From IMG/VR virus record IMGVR_UViG_3300033067_001309, positions 1-34,950 of that record: a stretch of 34,950 nt of DNA, one strand, 5' to 3'. Below the pieces are notes generated by a model. That model did not search any database, was not told the DNA's origin, and saw nothing but the letters and a program-made list of their open reading frames with translations. The first letter of the stretch is position 1. Every line of letters begins with the position of its first letter. The DNA comes from a virus (lineage: Duplodnaviria; Caudoviricetes). A program made the position numbers and the translations under genes. Of the stretch, positions 7,536 through 16,577 are shown one piece after another.

Positions 7536-8159
7536 CTACTTGCACTGCCGCGTGAACGTGCCCGCCTGGGTCGCCGCGCATGCCGTTCCCGAGCCCTTGC
7601 ACTCCATCAGCGGCTCCGACTCGCCGCAGCTCACGTCCAACTCTACATACTGCGTGTCTCCCGCTGACGTGACGCAGGCCGTGCCCGTCCATGTGCAGCC
7701 AGTGGCCAAGGCGGGAATGGGCCCCTGGGTGATGACCCCGTTGCAGTCGATGTCCCAGTGCAGGCCACCGGTGACGTTGGGCGAGGGCGTGTCGCTGAGT
7801 GGCGCCCCTGGGTGCACGTGGGCGTCCTTGTCGTCGCAGTCCGTGTGGTCGGCGACGTAGCCAGCCGGAGCGGCGCAGGCCGTGACCGACTGCACGCTGT
7901 CGCCGTAGCCGTCCCGGTCCGCATCCGGCCACCACGTCTTGACCTGGCACCCCGTCGAGCCAGAGGAGGCCGTGGCAATCGCCCCGTGACCTCCGATGGT
8001 GCCGCCCGTCGAGCCGCTGCCGGTCGTGCCGGCCCCGTGGGTGCCAGTGGAGCTCGATGTCGTGCCCGTGGTACCAGAGCCCGAGGTGGAGGAGCTGGTG
8101 TCGCCAGTGGTGCCGCTGCAGCCAGCGAGGAGGACGAGGAGTGGGATGAGGTAGCGCAT
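7536..8159 (-). CDS. Lipoprotein with Gly/Thr/Ser linker and MopE-type putative metal-binding motif (moron)
   Basis: MRYLIPLLVLLAGC lipobox and WWPDADRDGYGD..CAAPAGYVADHTDCDDKDAHVHPGA..DIDCNG. Confidence 0.85.
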   Translation of the reverse strand: MRYLIPLLVLLAGCSGTTGDTSSSTSGSGTTGTTSSSTGTHGAGTTGSGSTGGTIGGHGAIATASSGSTGCQVKTWWPDADRDGYGDSVQSVTACAAPAGYVADHTDCDDKDAHVHPGAPLSDTPSPNVTGGLHWDIDCNGVITQGPIPALATGCTWTGTACVTSAGDTQYVELDVSCGESEPLMECKGSGTACAATQAGTFTRQCK

Positions 8160-8168
8160 GGGCCGAAC

Positions 8169-8366
8169 CTACTTCAGCCAGGTGTCAAAGCGATCGCGGA
8201 CAGGCGCAAACGATGGAGCGCCCTCGACGCTCATCGGCACATGGAGGCGCTCGGCGGAGAAGTGCCAAGCATCCGCACATCCCTCGCAGAGCACAATTCC
8301 GGCGCCAGGGCACTGCACGGGCACACGCGAGGCCGGGCGCTCTTGGCACTTCAAGCAGGCAGACAT
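8169..8366 (-). CDS. Small zinc-finger-like protein
   Basis: CLKC...LCEGC, with the same upstream signal as the lipoprotein gene. Confidence 0.65.
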   Translation of the reverse strand: MSACLKCQERPASRVPVQCPGAGIVLCEGCADAWHFSAERLHVPMSVEGAPSFAPVRDRFDTWLK

Positions 8367-8422
8367 GGGCCGACCTTAGCACCCTGGGTTGACACCGTCC
8401 CGCACCTGTGTTTGCGCCTCGC

Positions 8423-8442
8423 TAGTGATGCTGGTATCACTA
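8423..8442 (+). promoter_or_regulatory. Late-gene palindrome, copy 1
   Basis: TAGTGAT-gctggt-ATCACTA immediately before the terS start. Confidence 0.75.
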
Positions 8443-8449
8443 AGGCGCT

Positions 8450-8815
8450 ATGCCGAAAGCGGACACTCAGTTCAAAAAGGGCCAGTCGGGCAACCCGACC
8501 GGGCGCTCGAAGGACGTGGAGTTGTGGCGCGAGGAGTGCCGCAAGCATCACGCCAAGGCCCTGCGCGTCCACCTCCGCAACATCCGCAGTGCGCTGAAGG
8601 TGAAGCTGGAGGACGTTTCGCCCGAGGCCAACAGCCTGCGCTCGGTGGGCGGCAAGTCCGCGCAGTTCCTGCTGGAGCAGGCATTCGGCAAGGCCCGGCA
8701 GCAGCTCGACGTGGCTGGGGCCGATGGCGGCCCGCTCGTCCCTGTGACTGCCCAGGACATCGCCGCAGCCCTCAAGACGGCCATTGAAGCCAAGGAGGAC
8801 CCTGGCCATGACTGA
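8450..8815 (+). CDS. Terminase small subunit-like (DUF5681-type N-terminus)
   Basis: QFKKGQSGNPTGR, EQAFGKARQ, VAGADGGPL. First gene of the packaging module. Confidence 0.8.
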   Translation: MPKADTQFKKGQSGNPTGRSKDVELWREECRKHHAKALRVHLRNIRSALKVKLEDVSPEANSLRSVGGKSAQFLLEQAFGKARQQLDVAGADGGPLVPVTAQDIAAALKTAIEAKEDPGHD

Positions 8816-9218
8816 CCCGATCATCTCCGACATCAGCGGAGGCCGCGACTGGTGGCGCCAGCTTCCCGAGCCCGAGGCCCGCGAGTTGGCCCGGTACGCC
8901 TTCATCTACCGCGCCACGCGACGCCTCGCGCTCTGCTCGTACACGGAACTGCGCGACATGGTCATCAGCGCCGCCGAGACGGAGGCCCGTGCCGAGGGCA
9001 AGAGCCTCGACGCCGCCCAGGTGCGCCACTACGGCAAGCAGAGCCCCGAGACGCTCCAGAGCATCGCCAAGGAGCAGATCGAGCGCTTCGCCCTGCTCGC
9101 CGACGCCAACGCCAAGGACCTGCGAGCCGTCCAGCAGGGCCTCTCCGACATGCTCGAGGGACTGCCCCCGTCGGAGCGCATGGAGCTGATGCGCGCTGCC
9201 CGGTCGGTGCTGGTCTGA
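8808..9218 (+). CDS. Hypothetical helical protein between terS and terL
   Basis: ATG 8808 after GGAGG, TGATG-coupled to terL. Confidence 0.75.
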   Translation: MTDPIISDISGGRDWWRQLPEPEARELARYAFIYRATRRLALCSYTELRDMVISAAETEARAEGKSLDAAQVRHYGKQSPETLQSIAKEQIERFALLADANAKDLRAVQQGLSDMLEGLPPSERMELMRAARSVLV

Positions 9219-10618
9219 TGGACCTCGAGGCTCAGATCAAGGCCCTCGGGCCCCGTGAAGTCCTCCGCCGCTTGGAGGCCATGGGACACCCGCGCCTGTC
9301 CGAGATCCGCGACTACGTCGAGAGCATGTGGGAATGGTGGGCACGCTCCGACCAGCTCGCACCTCAGGGCCACTGGACGCGATGGCTCATCCTCGCTGGC
9401 CGTGGCTGGGGCAAGACCCGTACCGGCGTCGAGTGGGTCAAGGCCAAGGCGCTGAGCAACCCGGGCTGCCGCATCGCCCTCGTGGGCCGCACCGCTGCCG
9501 ACGTCTACGGCGTCATGCTCGATGGCGACTCTGGGCTGCTGCGTCGAGCCGCCCCTGGGCAGCGCCCGGAGCACAACCCCAGCAAGCGCCGTGTGACCTG
9601 GCCCAACGGCAGCGTCGCCGAGACGTTCAGCGCCGAGGAGCCCAACCAGCTTCGTGGCCCCCAGTTTCACTTCGCCTGGTGTGACGAGCTCGCCGCCTGG
9701 TTTGACCACGACGCATGGGACCAGCTTCAGTTTGGTCTGCGTCTCGGCACCCATCCACAGGTCGTCATCACGACCACGCCTCGCCCGGTCGCGGTCATCC
9801 GCGAGCTGATGGCGACGTCCGGAACCCTGGTCACGCGAGGCCGCACCTACGACAACCGCGCCAACCTCGCCCCTGGGTTCTTTGACGCGGTGCTCCGCAA
9901 GTACGAGGGCACCAAGCTGGGCCGCCAGGAGCTCGAAGGCGAGGTGCTTGAGGACGTCGAGGGCGCCCTCTGGACCCGCGCCTTGCTCGACCGCGCCCGT
10001 TCCGACAAGACGCCGCCCGGCTTCGTTCGCGTCGTCGTCGGCGTCGACCCCGCCACGACCTCCGGCGAGGGCTCGGACCTGACGGGCATCATCGTGGCTG
10101 GCCTCGATGCCACCGGACGCGCCTGGGTGCTGGCCGACCACAGCCTGCGCGGCACGCCCGAGCAGTGGGCCCAGGCCGTGGTCAGCGCCTACCACCACCA
10201 CCGCGCCAACCTCGTCGTCGCCGAGACCAACCAGGGCGGTGAGATGGTGGCGGCGCTCCTCCGCAACATCGACGCCACCGTGCCAATCCGACGCAGGCAC
10301 GCCAAGGTGGGCAAGCGCCTGCGCGCGGAGCCCGTGGCGATGCTCTACGAGCAGAACCGGGTGAGTCACGTCCCGGGGCTTCGCAGCCTTGAGGACCAGC
10401 TTGCGACGTGGTCGCCCATGTCCGGGGACGAGAGCCCCGACCGCATGGATGCCTTGGTCTACGCCGTCGGCGAGCTGATGCAGAGCGAGGTGGCCATCCC
10501 GACCCAGCATGGGCCTGTGGTCAATCCAGCCGAGCAGGAGCGCCAGCGCCTCATCGAGCGCGACCTGGCCAGAGCCTTCGAGGCCGACCGCGCTTTCCCT
10601 GCCTGGGAGTACACATGA
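9218..10618 (+). CDS. terL: Terminase large subunit
   Basis: AGRGWGKT Walker A, WCDE Walker B, TTTP motif, and nuclease motifs GVDPA and DRMDAL. The true start is ATG 9218. Confidence 0.96.
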   Translation: MDLEAQIKALGPREVLRRLEAMGHPRLSEIRDYVESMWEWWARSDQLAPQGHWTRWLILAGRGWGKTRTGVEWVKAKALSNPGCRIALVGRTAADVYGVMLDGDSGLLRRAAPGQRPEHNPSKRRVTWPNGSVAETFSAEEPNQLRGPQFHFAWCDELAAWFDHDAWDQLQFGLRLGTHPQVVITTTPRPVAVIRELMATSGTLVTRGRTYDNRANLAPGFFDAVLRKYEGTKLGRQELEGEVLEDVEGALWTRALLDRARSDKTPPGFVRVVVGVDPATTSGEGSDLTGIIVAGLDATGRAWVLADHSLRGTPEQWAQAVVSAYHHHRANLVVAETNQGGEMVAALLRNIDATVPIRRRHAKVGKRLRAEPVAMLYEQNRVSHVPGLRSLEDQLATWSPMSGDESPDRMDALVYAVGELMQSEVAIPTQHGPVVNPAEQERQRLIERDLARAFEADRAFPAWEYT

Positions 10619-10815
10619 GCCCCGAAGAGCTTGACGCCCTGCTGGCCGTCCTCCGGCGCCACAAGGTCAGCCACTACACGCTGCAGGGTCCTCAGGGCTG
10701 CGTCTCCATTGCCCTGGAGCCCACGCACCCCGAGGGCTCGCCCGCTGACCCGAACCTGGCCGAGCGCCGGGCCCGGGAGCACCACACCGCCACCCAGTAC
10801 GGCCCGAGGACCTGA
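10615..10815 (+). CDS. Hypothetical protein (MSPEELDALLAVLRRHKV...)
   Basis: ATGA coupling with terL and GGGAG SD. Confidence 0.7.
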   Translation: MSPEELDALLAVLRRHKVSHYTLQGPQGCVSIALEPTHPEGSPADPNLAERRAREHHTATQYGPRT

Positions 10816-11111
10816 TGCCAGCCATCAAGAGCGTCCTGCTCGCCCGACAGATCGAGTTCCAGGGCATCCGCCCCGACAACAGCGGCACGACGCTGCGGAC
10901 GCGCCTGGAGTCAGCCCCCGGCCTGCTGCTGACCGAGGCGCCGGACGGCTCCCTCTTCGTGACCCAGACCATCGAGGACGCGGACGGCACGGTCAAGAGC
11001 CAGTGGCGCATCCCTGAGGTGCACGTCGCAAGCGTCACCTATGTCCCCGAGCGGACGCCCAAAGCGGCGCCTCCGCCTCAAGCCCCATCCAAGCCTGAGA
11101 GGCGCCGATGA
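10815..11111 (+). CDS. Hypothetical protein
   Basis: TGATG and ATGA coupling. Confidence 0.75.
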   Translation: MPAIKSVLLARQIEFQGIRPDNSGTTLRTRLESAPGLLLTEAPDGSLFVTQTIEDADGTVKSQWRIPEVHVASVTYVPERTPKAAPPPQAPSKPERRR

Positions 11112-13006
11112 CACGCCCAATCGACCGCGAAGAAGAGGACGAGGGAAGCGCCTGGTGGCAGTCGCCACCCGAGCAGCTCGCCTCCCGGGTCATCGAGACG
11201 ACGCAGGCGCTGCTCAAGGCGCAGATGGTGCGGACCACCAACGGCTTCGCGCATGCTCGCCTCTATGGCGGGCTCAGCCCGTCGCTGTTGCTCGGCTTCT
11301 CTACGGTCGGCTTCACCGACGCGAGCGCCGTGGACGAGGTCGCGGTGCCACGGTCGCCGCTGAACATCGTGCGGTCGGTCGTCGGCACGCTCGCCTCGAT
11401 GGTGGCCGACGAGCATGTCGGGGTGACCTTCCTGACCTCGGACGGCAGCCTGGACGACCGGCAGAGCGCCAAGGACCTCGAGGCCTGGACGGACGGGTGC
11501 TTCTACCTCTCCGACTGGGAGCGCGTGAGCATCAAGGTGGTCATTGACGCCTTGGTCCACGGGACCGGCGTTGCCCGCATCGGCATGGACTCGGGCGTGC
11601 CCTATGCCCACCGCTACCTGCCCTACGAGGTGCTCGTCGACGACATGGACGGGCGCGACGGCTACCCGTCTCAGCTCATCCACAGACGCCTCGTGCAGCG
11701 CGCCGCCCTCTGCGCCATCTACCCGGACCTGGAGGAGCAGATCGAGCAGCTCCCGCGCTACACCCAGCGCCAGAGCATCTCCGTGGGCATCGGCGACTGC
11801 GTCGAGGTGGCCGAGGCCTGGCACCTGCCGAGCGGCAAGGACACGGGCGACGGTCGGCACGTCCTCTGCGCCGAGGGCCTGACGCTGCTCGACGAGGAGT
11901 GGGAGCACCCCGCCTTCCCCTTTGTCGTCCTGCGCTACGAGGAGTCACAGACGGGCTTCTGGGGCTCCGGCCTGGCCGAGCTGCTCATGCCGCTTCAGGG
12001 CATGGTCAACAGCGCGGTCATGGCGGCCCGCGAGTCGATGGACGCCGCGACGTTCAAGATCGCCATTGAGGCGGGCTCGAAGATCGTCCAGAGCCAGATC
12101 AACAACCGCATCGCCGGGGTCATCGAGTACACCAACAAACCCCCGACGATGATGGAGACGCCCCCCGTCATCCAGCAGTTCATCAGCACCATCGAGTGGG
12201 CCAAGGGCGAGGCCTTCGCACTCGCGGGCATCTCGCAGATGTCCAGCCAGAGCCTCAAGCCTGCCGGGCTCGACTCTGGCCGCGCCCTCCGCGCCTACAG
12301 CGACATCGAGTCCAAGCGGTTCGCCGCCTTCGGCGCTGCCGTCAAGCGGATGCACGTCGAGGCCGCCGCCCGCTTCATCGACGCTGCTCGGACGAGCGTG
12401 GACGACGTCGAAGTGCCAGCCCGGGCCAAGGACCGCTTCCGCAAGGTGTCGTGGAAGAAGATCGCCCTGCCGCCCGACAGCTACAGCATCCGTCCGTACC
12501 CCATCAACGCCCTCGCCAAGGACCCGGCCCAGCGCATCCAGACGCTGACGGAGATGACCCAGGCCGGGTGGCTCACGCCGCCCCAGGCCGCCCGCGCCGT
12601 CGACTACCCGGACGTGCAGGCCGCCATTGCGCCCTTCATCGCCATGGAGGAGTTCCTGGACTGGCAGATGTCGAAGCTGCTCGCGGGCGAGTCCGTCCAG
12701 CCCGACCCGGTCATCCCGCTGCAGGCCCAGCTTGCCCGCGCCCAGGCCACCTACGCCCGCGCCGCGACCGAGCTGGAGCCCGACGACAAGCGCCTCGCCG
12801 CCCTCCGCATCTTCCTCGAGGTGGCCTCGGCCCAGTCGCAGCCACCCGCGCCGCCTCCGCCCGGAGCCCCTGGCCCCGATGCTGGCGCTGGCCCCGGCGC
12901 CCCACCTCCAGTCCCGGGAGGCCCTCCGGGTCCCCCGGCTGCCCCGATGGCACGCCCACAGGCGCTGCCTGTCTCTGACCTATTGCCCATGGGAGGTCCC
13001 CAGTGA
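11108..13006 (+). CDS. Portal protein with Pro-rich C-terminal tail
   Basis: 632 aa, after terL. DALVHGTG, FPFVVLRY..GFWGSGLAELLMPLQ and SGRAL patterns are typical of podoviral portals. Confidence 0.88.
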   Translation: MTRPIDREEEDEGSAWWQSPPEQLASRVIETTQALLKAQMVRTTNGFAHARLYGGLSPSLLLGFSTVGFTDASAVDEVAVPRSPLNIVRSVVGTLASMVADEHVGVTFLTSDGSLDDRQSAKDLEAWTDGCFYLSDWERVSIKVVIDALVHGTGVARIGMDSGVPYAHRYLPYEVLVDDMDGRDGYPSQLIHRRLVQRAALCAIYPDLEEQIEQLPRYTQRQSISVGIGDCVEVAEAWHLPSGKDTGDGRHVLCAEGLTLLDEEWEHPAFPFVVLRYEESQTGFWGSGLAELLMPLQGMVNSAVMAARESMDAATFKIAIEAGSKIVQSQINNRIAGVIEYTNKPPTMMETPPVIQQFISTIEWAKGEAFALAGISQMSSQSLKPAGLDSGRALRAYSDIESKRFAAFGAAVKRMHVEAAARFIDAARTSVDDVEVPARAKDRFRKVSWKKIALPPDSYSIRPYPINALAKDPAQRIQTLTEMTQAGWLTPPQAARAVDYPDVQAAIAPFIAMEEFLDWQMSKLLAGESVQPDPVIPLQAQLARAQATYARAATELEPDDKRLAALRIFLEVASAQSQPPAPPPPGAPGPDAGAGPGAPPPVPGGPPGPPAAPMARPQALPVSDLLPMGGPQ

Positions 13007-13920
13007 GTGACGTGACGAACGCCGCACCCCCGAAGGTCGTCGAAGGTGGCGCCGAAGCCCGAGCCGCAGCCGAGGCCGCGCTGCTCGCCGACATGCTGGC
13101 CGAGGAGGGCAAGGCCGCCCCGCCGCCCGAGCCCACGACCGACGCGACGCCGACCGATGCCACACCCACGGACGCGACGCCAGCCGATGCGACTCCGCCG
13201 CCCGTCGAGACGAAGCCGCCTGAGCCCGCGAAGCCAAGCGTGGACCTGGCCACCGTCCTCGAGGCCAACCGGCGCGCCAGCGAGGAAGCCGCAGCCCTCG
13301 CCATCCAGCGCGCTCAGCTCGAGGCCGAGCGCGCCCGCCTCGCCCCGCTCGCCCAGCGCCTGCAGGCCCTTGAGGCCGTGGGCTCCGACCCGGTCGCCCA
13401 GGCCCAGGCTCTGGGCGTCGACCTCGCCGCAGCCGCGAAGCACGTCGCCACGCACGGGACCACCGGGCAAGAGCTCCCGCTTGCCCAGCTCCGCACCCAG
13501 TACGCCCAGCTCCAGCAGGGTCAGGCGCTGATGATGCAGCGCGTGGCCATGTCCGAACTCAAGGCCGAGGCCGCAACGCTCATGGCCGGGGACGACTACG
13601 AGCACCTCCGCGCCATCGGCCTTAGGCCCGACGTCATCGCCGCCGAGGTGCTACAGGCCCAGCAGCAGGGACGCCAGACGGACGTGGCCAGCGTCATCAA
13701 GCGCCACAGCGACGCAGTCGAGGCCCAGGCCGCCGCCCTGCTCAAGACGAAGAAGTTCGCGGGCAAGGCGCCCGCCCCGGTCGCTGCCAAGCCTGCCGGA
13801 GTCGTGCCCACCGCCAAGACCGCCGCAGCGCCCGCCCCGGTCAAGCCGGTCGCCAAGCTCAAGCGCGACGAGGCCCTGGCCAAGGCCGCAGCCCTCATGG
13901 ACCCCAAGGAGTTCGAGTGA
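13003..13920 (+). CDS. Scaffolding protein
   Basis: Between portal and capsid. Acidic Pro-rich N-terminus, coiled coil and basic C-terminus. Confidence 0.75.
   Translation: MSDVTNAAPPKVVEGGAEARAAAEAALLADMLAEEGKAAPPPEPTTDATPTDATPTDATPADATPPPVETKPPEPAKPSVDLATVLEANRRASEEAAALAIQRAQLEAERARLAPLAQRLQALEAVGSDPVAQAQALGVDLAAAAKHVATHGTTGQELPLAQLRTQYAQLQQGQALMMQRVAMSELKAEAATLMAGDDYEHLRAIGLRPDVIAAEVLQAQQQGRQTDVASVIKRHSDAVEAQAAALLKTKKFAGKAPAPVAAKPAGVVPTAKTAAAPAPVKPVAKLKRDEALAKAAALMDPKEFE
13138..13197 (+). repeat. 4 x 15-bp repeat encoding (T/A)DATP
   Basis: Visible in the DNA, with synonymous variation, and in the protein. Confidence 0.9.
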
Positions 13921-14096
13921 TGCCAGGCCCAACCCCCACCGAGCTGGTCCTCGTCGACGCCCTCGACAAGCTGCGACCGATGGTGCGGCACCTTGTCGAC
14001 GGACGGAAGCACGGAATGGCCACCGTGACCGTCCGCGTGCGCGACGGCAAGCCAACGCTGGTCCTCGGCTCCTACGAAGAGTCCGAAGCGATTTGA
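13920..14096 (+). CDS. 58-aa protein resembling DUF2292/YezD (MPGPTPTELVLVDALDKLRPMVRHLVDGRKHGMATVTVRVRDGKPTLVLGSYEESEAI)
   Basis: Manual translation. TGATG coupling to the scaffold gene, AAGGAG SD, and a G..TV.V.DGK motif. Too short for the ORF track. Confidence 0.7.
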   Translation: MPGPTPTELVLVDALDKLRPMVRHLVDGRKHGMATVTVRVRDGKPTLVLGSYEESEAI

Positions 14097-14198
14097 CACA
14101 CAGCCTGAGTTGTGCTCAGGCTATTGCGTATAACCCGGTTATACCGGGCCAACCCAACCGGACTACGGAGGTCCCGAGTCCATGAGCGACCCTCATGG
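14093..14198 (+). promoter_or_regulatory. Structured leader upstream of the major capsid gene
   Basis: TTGACA 14093-14098. Inverted repeats at 14102-14122, 14128-14144, 14160-14181 and 14180-14198. Confidence 0.6.
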
Positions 14199-15427
14199 CT
14201 TTGTCGACCTCCACAACCGCCGCGCTTCAGCAGTTCTACGACACGCTCGACCCCGTCGACGTGACGTACCAGGACAACCCATTCTTCGCGATGGTCGCGA
14301 AGAAGCAGATGACCGGCTACACGTTCGAGCAGCCGATCTACCAGCGTGACCCGGTCGGCCGCTCGGCCGACTTCACCACCGCGCTGACCAACGCTGGCCA
14401 GGCCCGCGTCAACCGGTTCAGCATCACCGACGTCCCCGACTACGCCTTCTCGAAGGTGACCACCCAGGACATCCTGGCGTCCAAGGGTGCCGGTGGCGCG
14501 AAGGGCGCCAAGGCGTTCTTCGACCTGCTCGCCCGGACGATGCAGGGCTCGATGCACTCGCTGGCGCGCTCCATCGCGGTGGCGATGTACGGCACGGGCA
14601 CCGGCTCCATCGGCAACGTGGCTTCGCTGTCGCTGCCCAACTTCGGCCTGACCCGCATCTCGGACATCACCAACTTCGAGGAGGGCGACACCCTGGTCGC
14701 CTCGGCCACGGACGGCTCGGCGCTCCGGTCGGGCTCCATCGTCATCGACCAGATCACCGGCAACTACCTAAGCGGCTTCACGCTGCACATCGGCTCGGGC
14801 TCCATCACCTCCTTCGCCAACGGTGACTTCCTCTACAAGCAGGGCGACGCGGCCAACGGCGGCAGCAACGTTCGCATCGCGGGCGTCCCCAACTGGACCG
14901 GCACCGGCACCCTGTTCGGCGTCACCCGGACCACAGACCAGCGCCGCCTGTCGGTGCTCTCGCCCGACTACTCCAGCTCCGGCACGCCCAAGAGCCCGCT
15001 CGAGGCGCTCACGGACATGGCCATCAGCATCAAGCTGAACGGTGGCAACCCGGACCTCTGCTTCGTCAACCCGCTCTGGTACGCCACCCTGGCGAACGAG
15101 CTCGCGGGCCGCGTCCTCATCGTCAACGTCAAGCCGAGCGACTCGGCCACCATCTCCTTCGACGGCATCCAGGTCAGCCTGCCCGGCGCCGGCGGCGTCG
15201 TGAAGGTCATCCCCGACATCAACTGCCCCTCCAACAAGGTGCTGATGATCACCTCCTCGCGGTGGTGCCTCTTCTACCGCGGCTCGGACGTGGTCAGTCC
15301 CATCGACCAGGACGGCAAGATGTACCTGCGCGACAACGCGGCGGACGGCATCGTGTTCCGCTCGGCCTTCTACGGCAACCTGGCCTGCAGCGCGCCGGGC
15401 CACAACGCCTACGCGACCGTCGGCTAA
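14195..15427 (+). CDS. Major capsid protein
   Basis: 410 aa after the scaffold. NPFFAMV, MYGTGTG, LFGVTRT and FYGNLACSAPGHNA patterns, strongly biased codons, TAA stop followed by a hairpin. Confidence 0.9.
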   Translation: MALSTSTTAALQQFYDTLDPVDVTYQDNPFFAMVAKKQMTGYTFEQPIYQRDPVGRSADFTTALTNAGQARVNRFSITDVPDYAFSKVTTQDILASKGAGGAKGAKAFFDLLARTMQGSMHSLARSIAVAMYGTGTGSIGNVASLSLPNFGLTRISDITNFEEGDTLVASATDGSALRSGSIVIDQITGNYLSGFTLHIGSGSITSFANGDFLYKQGDAANGGSNVRIAGVPNWTGTGTLFGVTRTTDQRRLSVLSPDYSSSGTPKSPLEALTDMAISIKLNGGNPDLCFVNPLWYATLANELAGRVLIVNVKPSDSATISFDGIQVSLPGAGGVVKVIPDINCPSNKVLMITSSRWCLFYRGSDVVSPIDQDGKMYLRDNAADGIVFRSAFYGNLACSAPGHNAYATVG

Positions 15428-15435
15428 CCCACCCT

Positions 15436-15464
15436 GGGGCGCCTGGTGATGAGCCAGGCGCCCC
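15436..15464 (+). terminator. 11-bp GC hairpin after capsid gene (attenuator or mRNA stabiliser)
   Basis: GGGGCGCCTGG-tgatgag-CCAGGCGCCCC, with no U tract. Confidence 0.55.
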
Positions 15465-15482
15465 GCTCCTTCGAGGTTCGCC

Positions 15483-15896
15483 ATGCGCGGAAAGATTGCC
15501 TTCCTCCTGAAGTGCCTCATCCCCGAGCTCGGGGTCACCGTCGGTTCCTGCTTCGGCGGCGGCGTGGGCGCATCGCCCTCGAACGCCACTGCGACGCCAT
15601 TCAAGGGCCGCGGCTGGTCCATCGCCTGGGTGTCCACGGGGCTGTACCGCATCACGTTCTCGTCCGGCCTGAACTCGGCGGCCTGGAACAGCATCCTGTG
15701 GGCTGGCGTGACGGTCGTGACGAACGCCGTCAACACCGACCAGACCTGTGTCGTGAAGTCCTACAGCACCGCCGCCAAGACCATCGACTTCGAGTGCAAG
15801 GTCGCGGGCGTGCTGACGGACGTGGCCACCACGGCGCAGATCATGTTCCTCGTCATCACCGCAGAGACGCAGACCGGCGCCCAGTACCAGGGCTGA
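15483..15896 (+). CDS. Putative virion structural protein (decoration-like)
   Basis: Beta-rich, STGLYRITF motif, directly after the capsid gene, GAGG SD. Confidence 0.65.
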   Translation: MRGKIAFLLKCLIPELGVTVGSCFGGGVGASPSNATATPFKGRGWSIAWVSTGLYRITFSSGLNSAAWNSILWAGVTVVTNAVNTDQTCVVKSYSTAAKTIDFECKVAGVLTDVATTAQIMFLVITAETQTGAQYQG

Positions 15897-15907
15897 GGTG
15901 ACTGACC

Positions 15908-16576
15908 ATGGCCGTCCACACCAGCACGATTGCGACGGTGCGGACGGCCGTGCGTCAGCGCATGGATCTCGTCAACTCCCCGTTCGTCACGGACGCGGAG
16001 TTGTTCTCGTGGATCACAGCGGCCCTGGCTGAGCTGCACGACCTGCTCGTCGGCGCCGATAACACCTACCTCATCTCCACGACGAGCATCAGTCTCAATG
16101 GCAGCGCGTCCTACTCGCTGCCGACCGACTTCTACAAGGCCCGAAAGGCTGACTTCGTACTCGGCTCGGGCATGGTCCTCGAGGTGCCCCAGGTCACGCT
16201 GGACACCAAGGACAGCCTCCTCAACCCGTATCGCTCGACGCAGATGCAGCTCTACGGGTGCCCGGGCGGCTTCTACATCCTGGGCAGCACCATCTACTTC
16301 GTCCCCCAGCAGGCCACCGGGACGGTCACGCTCTACTACTACCCCAGCGCCCCGCAGCCTGCGCTGGACACGGACACCTTCGACGTCCTCAACGGCTTCG
16401 ACGAGTACCTCGTGGCCGACTGCTGCCTCCGCATCGCGATGAAGCGCAACGACGAGCCGGGGCCTTGGTTTAAGGTCAAAGCCGACATGCAGAAGCGCGT
16501 GGAGTCGATGGGCAAGACGCGGAACATGGCCGGGTCTTGGGGCATGGCCATCTACCCGCGCGGCTCGGGGTTCTGA
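15908..16576 (+). CDS. Head-tail adaptor protein
   Basis: VRTAVRQRMD..FVTDAELFSWI..SYSLPTDFYK..IYFVP..TLYYYP is a podoviral adaptor pattern. Confidence 0.8.
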   Translation: MAVHTSTIATVRTAVRQRMDLVNSPFVTDAELFSWITAALAELHDLLVGADNTYLISTTSISLNGSASYSLPTDFYKARKADFVLGSGMVLEVPQVTLDTKDSLLNPYRSTQMQLYGCPGGFYILGSTIYFVPQQATGTVTLYYYPSAPQPALDTDTFDVLNGFDEYLVADCCLRIAMKRNDEPGPWFKVKADMQKRVESMGKTRNMAGSWGMAIYPRGSGF

Positions 16577-16577
16577 C

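Noticed and set aside
8181-8396. GGTGTCAA/TTGACACC inverted pair as transposon ends
   Set aside because: It is only 8 bp, with no transposase or target duplication. Chance or promoter elements explain it as well.
8852-9217. N-terminal extensions in the track (terL, 25288, 28585, 28950, 6183 and others)
   Set aside because: The Arg/Pro-rich extensions overlap upstream genes. Downstream starts with SD and stop/start coupling fit better.
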